This document shows positions 49,321 through 58,664 of a stretch of DNA of 64,000 nt, in pieces (the first letter of the stretch is position 1; every line of letters begins with the position of its first letter). Source of the stretch: Somniosus microcephalus (Eukaryota); NCBI GenBank assembly GCA_052327205.1, contig CM126225.1:38006001-38070000 (forward strand), in the 5' to 3' direction. The notes beneath the pieces are model-generated. The model worked only from the letters and a program-made list of their open reading frames with translations. It was not told where the DNA came from and searched no databases. The position numbers and the translations under genes were made by a program.

Positions 49321-50448
49321 ACCTAACGTAGTAAAACGTCCCAAGGCACTTCACAGGAGCGTTACTAAACAAAATTTGACACCGAGCCAGCAAGAAATGC
49401 AAGCGAAGAATTGTTCACTGATGCAGTCAAATTTTCGAGGCTGGAGATTTGTCAGAACTTTTACTTCTCACAGTGATTGATGTATGGTATGTACTTCCAT
49501 CAGACTTCATGCTAATTCACTGAGCTCCTTTAAGAAAGGTGTTGGATAACTAGCAGCCAGTGCAATCGAAGTTTGTAGGCATAGACTTAGGCTGAGGTCA
49601 GTAAAAAGCCATGGAACACTGTCGTATATTATTCAACACAGAGTAACAATAGTTGGAGAAAGTTCATTGTTTTGCCCTTTTAGAAGTTTTACCTGGTTTA
49701 AATTGCCTGCTCAGAAACTTTGGATGGGGTTAGGTGAAGGCCTTAACAGTGTAGAGCAAATGGACAGAGTGGTCTTCTCCCATTCCATGGTTTTCTTAGG
49801 TTGCACATCCAAACATCAAATATTGTGAAATGTAATTTGCCGTTTCAAATAAATAGTAACTGGTGTTTAATGAAGTCTTCAGTGAGAATGCAAGGAAGGC
49901 TGTTACAGTGGGACTGTTTGCGTAGTATACAGAGAGGACAATGGATAGCTCTTAGTGAATTACAACCCAGCAGTTAAATCAGGGGGTTAAGATGCCATCA
50001 TCAATCACATCAGAGAAGCTCTGGTTGTATTGGTGTATCATTTTGCTTATATAACAACAGTCACTGCACTTAAAAATCAATTCATAGTGTGAAGTGGTTT
50101 GAGACGATCTGACTTGACAAGGTGGCTAAATGTAAGTAGTTCTTCTGTCTTTGGAGCCTCTTGATTGCATTACAGCATGTTAGCTCACTGAAGTATCTGT
50201 AATTTAGAATATGAATAAGAGTGTGAATTCTTATTATTGTGACCCATTTTCTGTTGCCATTTGAAGATGAAAGCGATGGAACATGATGTGGGGCAGAGCA
50301 TGTCACTGATTTTAGGACAGGGTGTTGGATTTGTAATGTAAAGGTATGGTAGTTTTATCAAGTAAGATTGAAGTATTTCCATTTCTATTTAATCGGCGGA
50401 TTACAGGAAAATTTGATACCACGTACATTATTAAATAAAGTGCTGCTG

Positions 50449-50466
50449 GTCCACTAGAGGGCGCAT
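50449..50466 (+). promoter_or_regulatory. CTCF-binding motif
   Basis: gtCCACTAGAGGGCGCat matches the core consensus CCASYAGRKGGCRS at all positions, in non-repeat DNA. Confidence 0.65.
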
Positions 50467-50819
50467 ACACTAATCGTCAGTCTCTACGTCCCAATCATCA
50501 GTAATACATTGCTTTCGTTTAAAATAGTTTGTTCTCTTCCTTGTAAAATCTATTACTAAAACGTTTTTTGTTGAAAAATTGTGTGGGCTTCTCTGTTTAC
50601 TTTGAAGTTGATGTAGCATCAGACTGCCAGTTTATACGCAAATCAGCATTTTTTTCATTACCATAACTGCAAGGATGAGTTGGAGGAAACAAAAAGGTTC
50701 AAGGGTGCCTGTGGGATGAGAAACCTACAATGGTCTTTATGCCATGTTCTTTTTGTCGTGAGTCCAAGCCTAGATTTGAACTAGGGTTCTGGCAGTGATG
50801 AGGGACCAAGTGAAGCTTC

Positions 50820-51742
50820 CTTTTTATTTATTTGTTTATGGGATCAGGGCGTCGCTGGTAATGCCAGCATTTATTGCCCATCTCTAGTTGCCCTTGAGAA
50901 GGTGGTGGTGAGCCACCTTCTTGAATCGCTGCAGTCCGTGTGGTGAAGGTACTCCCACAGTGCTGTTAGGGAGGGAGTTCCAGGATTTTGACCCAGTGAT
51001 GATGAAGGATCGGTGATATACTTCTAAGTCAGGATGGTGTGTGACTTGGAGGGGAACTTGGAGGTGGTGGTGTTCCCATGCGCCTGCTGCCCTTGTCCTT
51101 CTAGGTGGAAGAGATCGCGGGTTTGGGAGGTGTTGCCGAAGAAGCCTTGGCGAGTCGCTGCAGTGCATCTTGTAGATGGTACACACTGCAGCCACGGTAC
51201 GCCGATGGTGCAGGGAGTGAATGTTTAAGGTGGTGGATGGGGTGCCAATCAAGCGGGCTACTTTGTCCTGGATGGTGTCAAGCTTCTTGAGTGTCAATTC
51301 ATTAAATATATTCAAGAAGGAGTTGGATATATTTCTTAAGGCTAAAGGGATCAAGGGGTATGGAGAGAAAGCAGGGACGGGGTACTGAATTTGGATGATC
51401 AGCAATGATCACGTTGAATGGCGGAGCAGGCTCGAGGGGCCGAATGGCCTACTCCTGCTCCTATCTTCTATGTTTCTGTGTTTGTTGGAGCTGCACTCAT
51501 CCAGGCAAGTGGAGAGTATTCCATCACACTCCTTACTTGTGCCTTGTAGATGGTGGAAAGGCTTTGGGGAGTCAGGAGGTGAGACACTCGCCGCAGAATA
51601 CCCAGCCTCTGACCTGCTCTTGTTGCCACAGTATTTATGTGGCTGGTCCAGTTAAGTTTCTGGTTAATGGTGACCCCCCAGGATGTTGATAGTGGGGGAT
51701 TCGGCGATGGTAATGCCATTGAATGTCAAGGGGAGATGGTTA
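50820..51742 (-). mobile_element. CR1 fragment (8205-9234 family) split by a plus-strand CR1 3' end at about 51294-51480
   Basis: ORF pieces IYKAQVRSVMEYSPLAWMSAAPT and TLKKLDTIQDK...WNSLP are contiguous in the 8.7 kb copy. Confidence 0.9.
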
Positions 51743-52112
51743 ATAACCAAAGTCGTCCTTCCACTTGTTCAACTGAAGGAAATGTTTTGGAGTTTTCGCT
51801 AGTGTGTTTACCGAAGGTGACACTCAACGAGTGAAGCATAATGATCTTTCCATGTGTCTCCTCCTGCCCAGAGTCAGTACCAGGAAATTAGAAACTAAAT
51901 CAAGGGGTAATCGAGGAAAGTTAAAGTCCTGATTCATGTTTGTTGTTCTGAAGATCTCCGTTGGTGTGTGGACTACTGGAAATTAAATGCTGGGATTTAT
52001 GTAGATGCATACAGAACCTGCGCTATAAATTGACTATCCTCAATGCTTTGAGTGGTGTCTACGTAAATGGGTTCGAGAGACAATTGAGGGCATTTCTGGG
52101 GAGAGATTGGAA

Positions 52113-52548
52113 GGGCTCTGCTGCCCACATTCTAACCCGAACCAAGTCCCGTTCACCCATCATTCCTGTGCTCGCTGACCTGTATTGGCTTACGGTTCAC
52201 CAACACTTCAGTTTTAAAATTCTCGTCCTTATATTCAAATCCCTCCATCACGTCGCCTCTCCCTATCTCTGTAACCTCCTCTAGTCCTATAACCTCCAAG
52301 AATTCTGCGTTCTTCCAACTCTGGACTTTTATGCATCCCCATTCCCTTCGCCTCCCCATTTGCGGCTGTGCCTTCAGCCGTCTAGCTCTGAACCTCTGGA
52401 ATTCACTACCTAAATCTCACCGCCTCTCTACCTCTCTCTCCTCCTTTAAGACCCTCCTTAAAACCTACCTCTTTGACCAAGCTTTCAATCACCCATCCTA
52501 ATATCTCCTTTGGCTCTGTATCAATTTTTGTTTGATTACTCTCCTGTT
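52113..52548 (+). mobile_element. L2 3' fragment
   Basis: SAAHILTRTKSRSPIIPVLADLYWL...FKSLH..ASPYL. Confidence 0.85.
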
Positions 52549-53804
52549 CAAATTCTTATGTTCTTATTGCAAAGAAATATATCACTGGCCACATCTCCAG
52601 GAGTTGATGTCAACTGTCAAATCTTAAAGAGCCTTGAGCATAACCAGGAAAACTCACTTTGTTTAACCAGCTTCCAATTACGTGAATGAAAATGAATAAA
52701 AGGAATACAGCATTTCAAACTCGTGCTTAAGATTTTAGACTGCAGACTGCTTCTCAAATAGGCTGATATCTGATCATAGTTAAGAAGCAGCCAGATGTCA
52801 CTGTATGTTGATAACTGAACATTTAAAGGAGCAATGCCAAGCTGGCCCATTCAGTGCAAAGTTCGGGGGACCAATAAGGGGAAACCTTTAAAACCGTTGG
52901 CCTCTTTTGAATTGTAAAGAGATGTAGCTGTTCCTTCCAATCCCACGTTACCATCATTTGCTCTGTTGTAAGTACCTTTCCCTGGCTTCCTGTGACTTTT
53001 GTCTATCTAATTAAATTTACACATCGCTAGTTCCTGTTTGATGCCTAATAGCGGTGATGAATGGCGTCTTTTTGGAGGCTGACAGTAACAGATACCTGAC
53101 ATTTTTCACTCTGTCACAGCTCCCTGCTTCTCCAAGCACTTCTGACCCTATTGTTTTGGGGGTAATTACCATGTTGTACTTCATCATGCTCCCAGACATA
53201 AATGACAGCGCCCCTGTGAAACAAATGAGCGAAGGTCGGACGGAGCAGCTACCTACTCGCCAGCTCCCAATTACAGGTTACCACATGCTAAAGTAGCTCG
53301 GAATGTCAGGCAGTAACGCACTTCCCAAGTCTCAATTAATCACGGAAACCATAAGGAGTTGCAGCCACTGTTTGTAACATCAGTAAAGTCAAACTGACAC
53401 TTCCACTCTGAGATCATTAAGCTCGGCTGCCAGCACCTATCTTAGGCCAAAATCTTCGACAAAGTCAGAGAACAAAAGCTCTGTTTTTACTGGAAACTAA
53501 TGTGGGATGGATCCAGTGAAGAGTTTAATCCCTCCTGTGTAAATTCAGCCCAGAATTATGTTATGGTGTGATACTGACACGTCGAGCTGTGGGTTTTAAT
53601 ATCACATGCTGCATTAAAAAGCAATCTAACTAGTGTCTGAACAAGTCTCCAGAATAACCCTCCGCCCAGGCTGTTTCCACACAACTGTGTGGTGGCATCT
53701 ACTACAACCTTTACAGCTCAGACCTTACCATGGCGGTCGATAGCTGGAGTGAACTTCACCAGAATTTCTAATGGGTGTCAGTGTAAACCGAGCTGTGAAA
53801 AATA

Positions 53805-54371
53805 AGCCCAGATTTTAATTCCCGGCGGGAGTCATGCATGCGGGAGCTGAGGTGGATGGGAAATCATTTAGCCCTCTGCAGCGTGAGATGCAGGAGATTT
53901 TAACTCTCAGGCCTCATTGGCATAGACGCCGTCAGCCTCCCGCCTGATCCTGGCAGGAATCTCCAGCTGGCCGACGGGTAGGAGTGGCATTTCGGGCAGC
54001 AGGAGGCTACCATAGCGACCTGAAGGAACGGTCCCTGGCAGTCAGGTAAGTGGTTAGGAGTAGGGTCAGGAGGGCCTCATGGTCGGGGAATGAAGCCCAG
54101 GGCAGGGGAGCCCCCAACTTTCCTTGTTGGGGGGGGCCTGGAGGAACAATCAGATGTTGGATTAAAATTGCAATCAGGGCCTGATGACATCAACAGAGCT
54201 CGATCTGCATATTTAAAGCAGAACCCCGCTGCCTACCGCCTGCTCAAAAGAGCAAGTTAAAATTACAATCCGTGGGAAGGCAGCAGGTTCGGGGTGGGGG
54301 GGAAGAGCTACGGGCATTTTACCTGCCCGCCAGCCCGATTTCTGCTGGATGGCCAAAGTTAAAATCGGCCC
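53805..54371. mobile_element. Harbinger-like MITE
   Basis: Ends gcccagattttaa / ttaaaatcggccc; GC-rich interior. Confidence 0.55.
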
Positions 54372-54568
54372 TTTAGTGGGTAAATGCACTGTTCGGTGTG
54401 GTATTAAGCCAGAAACCAAACGGTCTCAGATTCGTTCCCCAGCCTGTGCTGTGTTAGCGGATCTCAGTCAGGGTGGCAGTGGTGGAGCTACAATAAGCCT
54501 CAACATCTCTAGGCTGGCGGAGGGAAATAAAGTCAGCCAGAGGTGCCATTCTTGATTTCTATCCAGTA

Positions 54569-54893
54569 CAGGAAACTTTCGATTTACCGGCACCTAAATA
54601 ACCGGAAATCTCGGTTAACCGGCAAAATTCAGGAGTAGGTTTTACTTCATATTGTACTTGCCTTCCTCCAACTGGTGCTGTGCAAGGGTGTGGCTGCAGC
54701 TGTTGCTAAGCTACAGAGACGCTTGGAACTTGAGGCCATTGTTCTGCACTTGTTGCTAAGCAACAGGGATTGTTGCTTTATATGGAGCTCTGAGCTCTCC
54801 CTATCTTTTACTATAGCATTCGGTTATCCGGAATTTTTGATGAACCGGCACCACGTCGGTCCCGTCAGTGCCGGATAAAAAAAAAGTTTCCTG
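54569..54893. mobile_element. CAGGAAACT-family MITE, opposite orientation
   Basis: TA|caggaaacttt...aaagtttcctg|TA. The end tcggtcccgtcagtgccggata mirrors the start of the 19106 and 34540 copies. Confidence 0.85.
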
Positions 54894-54899
54894 TACTTA

Positions 54900-55333
54900 G
54901 AAAAAGAAAACAAAAGACTTTCATTTATATAGCGCTTTTCACAACGTCAGGATATCTCAAAGTGCTTTACAGCCAATGAAGTACTTTTGAAGTGCAGTCA
55001 GTGTTGTAATGTAGGAAATGTGGCAACCAATTTGTGCACATCCAGCTCCCACAGACAGCAACGTGATAATGACCAGAGAATCTCTTTTTCTTTTAGTGAT
55101 GTTGAGGGACAAATACTGGCCAGAACGCCAGGGAAAATTCCCCTGCGATCTTTTGCATCCACCTGAGAGGGCAGATGTGTCCTTGGTTTAATGTCTCATC
55201 CAAAAGACAATGCAGCACTCCCTCAGTACTGCACTGGGAGTGTCGGCTTGGATTTTGTGCTCAAGTCTCTGGAGTGGCACTTGAACCCACGACCTTCGGA
55301 CTCAGAGGCAAGCGTGCTACCACTGAGCCACAG
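54900..55333 (-). mobile_element. Near full-length Deu-domain SINE
   Basis: Collinear with 26781-27246, including the tRNA head (ctgtggctcagtggtagcacg...gggttcaagtgcc on the minus strand). Confidence 0.85.
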
Positions 55334-56917
55334 CTGGAAAGTATGCATATGGAGACCTGATTGGGCTTGACTGTGAAACCTTCTGCAGTCGATTAACTGG
55401 CCGACCAGGATCACACGTGAAGAATGTTCACTAGGGCAAGAGGCTGGAGGCCTGCCAGCATTCGCAGCCAGCCCCTTCAGGAGAGAGGGAGAGAAAATTG
55501 GGTTTAAAAAAAAATAAATCAGAACTGTGCAGTCGCTGGTAAAATATTCATGAGCCCAAGAAGCTCAACAGTGCAAAATGATAGTGATAGATTTCTCTTG
55601 CCACCTCTTGATGACCAGCTCAGAGCAGCATTAGTGAAGGTTTAGGGAGCAGGTCACTTTTCCTTCTTTGGTGCAGTTAGTCTATAGCCTGCATTGACCA
55701 GAGGAATGTATTGAAAAAGTATCATCCTCCGATTTCTGTTTTGCAAAGTATGTCAGAATTTTGCAAGTCCTGTTATAAGTGTTGATGTTCTTGTGCCTAA
55801 ACATTTTATTTGTGTATTTACTATAGCTATTAAAATACATTTATAAGTAATATCCCAATTAAGTCATCAAGTTTCATTTACAATGACTCATGCCCAAGGC
55901 TGACTTCTAGACCTGACATAAAATAGAAGTACAGAACACGATGATAAATGCGCGTCTAATTGTTTAATTAAGTGCTTTCTGCTATCGCATATTAGAAGCT
56001 AATAATTTTCAAAGTATATATGGTGTTGGGTGTTAGCTTGAGATAAAGTAAGAATTGGCTTTGGGCGATAACATAATCGAGGTGTTGTAATCATCTCATA
56101 GACCACAACAGCGTGTTTGAACGGTTTGTGTCGTGACCTAAGCTCCAAAGCTGTGTTGCAGCCAGTCGTGCATTCCCAGACAACTACTGTTTTGTGCAAC
56201 AGATGCAGGACTGAGCCATTTTAATATTTTTACACTTGGTAAGCTTAGCTCCTGCTGTGTTTTGTAGTTTCTGTTTGTGGCACCTGGTTAAAGTTTGCTG
56301 TTTGGATTTTTTCATGTGCAATCCACTAAAAGCTTCTGGCGTTTGGATTCCAATCCTTCTCTACCAATGTGTTTTGCCTTTTCTGCAGGTGCAATTTCGG
56401 TTCCTTGCTTGCATTCTCTGACTTTTGTTCAGGTTCCTATCTTAAATTTAGCAGTTAAAAATACACAGAAGTTACAACATGGAGCTGGGCCCAATCAATC
56501 TGTGCCAGCATTGATCCTCCATCTGAGCGTAGACGGGGGGAGGAGGTAATAACACGCAATAAACCTTCTCTTCTGTCACAGTCATGTGACAGGAAGGGAC
56601 CATGATCTGTGAGGGTGTTTTGCAAAATGTTACATGGCTCTCCTACTTTAGGTTTCCAATGTAATTGTAAGTGAATTGCAGCCTGTAAGGATTGTTCATT
56701 TGGTTTATAAAGATGTGACTTTTCCAAAATGTCGAACTTTCCAGCACATGAGGCCATTCAGCTCGTGCCTACATTGATGTATCTTGTTCTTAAAAACTAA
56801 ACAGAGCTCCGTATGTTTAATATAATAGCAAAATACTGCGGATGCTGGAAATCTGAAATAACAGAAAATGCTGGAAATACTCAGCAGGCCAGGCAGCATC
56901 CGTGGAGAGAGAAACAG

Positions 56918-56954
56918 AGTTAACGTTTCAGGTCTGGGACCCTTCATCAGAACT
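56918..56954 (-). ncRNA. Minimal type I hammerhead ribozyme motif
   Basis: Identical to 17115-17151. Confidence 0.75.
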
Positions 56955-57074
56955 GGAAAAAGCTGGAGATATAACAGATATTAAGCAGGTGCAGAGACGG
57001 GGGGAGGAGTTTAGGAGGGGAGGAAGGAATTGAAAGAATATGTTGTGAAAATGTTGCAAATGGGAATGGCAAAA

Positions 57075-57572
57075 TCATACTGCATGAAAAATGGGGGCAG
57101 GGGCTATTATCTGAAATTGTTGAACTCTATGTTGAGTCCGGAAGGCTGTAGATGTGCCCAATCGAAAGATGAGGTGCTGTTCCTCGAGCTTACGTTGAGC
57201 TTCATTGGAACAATGCAATAGCCCGAGGACAGAGAGATCAGAGTGGGAGTGAAGTGGAGAATTGAAGTGACAGGCGACCGGAAGCTTAGGGTCAACCTTA
57301 CGGACTGAACGGAGGTGTTCCGCAAAGCGGTCGCCCAATCTGCGTTTGGTCTCCCCAATGTAGAGGAGACCGCATCGTGAGCAGCGAATACAGTATACTA
57401 GATTGCGAGAAGTACAAGTAAATCGCTGTTTCACCTGGAAGCGGTGTTTGGGGCCCCGGACAGTGGGAAGGGAGGAGGTAAAAGGGCATGTGTTGCATCT
57501 CCTGCGCTTGCACGGGAAGGTGCCAGGTGAAGGAGAAGGGCTGTTGGGGGTGATTGAGGAGTGGACCAGAGT
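57075..57572 (-). pseudogene. PLE GIY-YIG endonuclease, inverted arm, frameshifted near the C-terminus
   Basis: NLVYCIRCSRCGLLYIGETKRRLGDRFAEH...EEQHLIFRLGT, then a frame change. Confidence 0.88.
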
Positions 57573-58258
57573 GGACAGTCCGTTCTATTTCCCGCACTTC
57601 TGCTCTCACCCCTTCCCCTCCCTCCCAGAACCACGATAGGCTTCCCCTTGTCCTCACCTTTCACCCCACCAGCCTCCACATTCAACGGATCATCCTCTGC
57701 CATTTCCGCCACCTCCAACGTGATCCCACCACCAAACACATCTTCCCCTCACCTCCCCTTTCAGCATTCCGAAGGGACCGCTTCCTCCGCGACACCCTGG
57801 TCCACTCCTCAATCACCCTGAACAGCCCTTCTCCTTCGCCTGGCACCTTCCCGTGCAAGCGCAGGAGATGCAACACATGCCCTTTTACCTCCTCCCTTCC
57901 CACTGTCCAGGGCCCCAAACACCCCTTCCAGGTGAAACAGCGATTTACTTGTACTTCTTGCAATCTAGTATACTGTATTCGCTGCTCACGATGCGGTCTC
58001 CTCTACATTGGGGAGACCAAACGCAGATTGGGCGACCGCTTTGCGGAACACCTCCGTTCAGTCCGTAAGGGTGACCCTGAGCTTCCGGTCGCCTGTCACT
58101 TTAATTCACCGCTTCACTCCCACTCTGATCTCTCTGTCTTCGGGCTATTGCATTGTTCTAATGAAGCTCAACGTAAGCTCGAGGAACAGCACCTCATCTT
58201 TCGATTAGGCACTTTACAGCCTGCCGGACTCAATATCGAGTTCAACAATTTCAGATAA
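57554..58258 (+). CDS. Uninterrupted C-terminal part of the PLE ORF: Cys-rich linker plus GIY-YIG endonuclease (5'-truncated; homology starts at about 57578)
   Basis: RLPLVLTFHP, AFRR, PCKRRRCNTC, FTCTSCNLVYCIRCSRCGLLYIGET..R..RFAEH, VACHF, EEQHLIFRLGTLQPAGLN. No native start, so translation is not implied. Confidence 0.7.
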   Translation: MRSGPEWTVRSISRTSALTPSPPSQNHDRLPLVLTFHPTSLHIQRIILCHFRHLQRDPTTKHIFPSPPLSAFRRDRFLRDTLVHSSITLNSPSPSPGTFPCKRRRCNTCPFTSSLPTVQGPKHPFQVKQRFTCTSCNLVYCIRCSRCGLLYIGETKRRLGDRFAEHLRSVRKGDPELPVACHFNSPLHSHSDLSVFGLLHCSNEAQRKLEEQHLIFRLGTLQPAGLNIEFNNFR

Positions 58259-58411
58259 TAATCCCTGCCTCCATTTTTCATGCAGTATGATTTTGCCATT
58301 CCCATTTGCAACATTTTCACAGGATGTTCTTTCAACTCCTTCCTCCCCTAACACCACCCCCACCCCTGTCTCTGCACCTGCTTAATATCTGTTACATTTC
58401 CAGCTTTTTCC

Positions 58412-58448
58412 AGTTCTGATGAAGGGTCCCAGACCTGAAACGTTAACT
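58412..58448 (+). ncRNA. Minimal type I hammerhead ribozyme motif
   Basis: AGTT-CTGATGA-AGGGTC-CCA-GACCT-GAAA-CG-TT-AACT on the plus strand. Confidence 0.75.
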
Positions 58449-58664
58449 CCGTTTCTCTCTCCACGGATGCTGCCTGGCCTGCTGAGTATTTCCAGCATTT
58501 TCTATTGTTACTCCATATGTTTAAATTGGTTTGTGATCTGTCTCCCTCACTTTGATCGTAAATCGCACTTCTAATATTTTCACAATAATGCCTCTGGCAT
58601 TGAGTAGAATTGTGCCTCAGTAAATTAAACTTAAGTTTTTATTTTTCTAAGTTTATTTAATGAT

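Larger units (their letters stand above)
54372..55510 (+). mobile_element. Family-B tRNA SINE split by a MITE and a Deu SINE
   Basis: Head tagtgggtaaatgcactg...ctatccag up to 54566; resumes gctggaaagt at about 55333 and runs to ggagagaggggagagaaaattggg. Confidence 0.7.
56821..58510. mobile_element. Penelope-like element (Neptune type), inverted head-to-head insertion
   Basis: 14-bp TSD CTCC(G/A)TATGTTTAA at 56807-56820 and 58511-58524. Tailed minus arm 56821-~57573; tailless plus arm 57578-58510. Confidence 0.93.
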
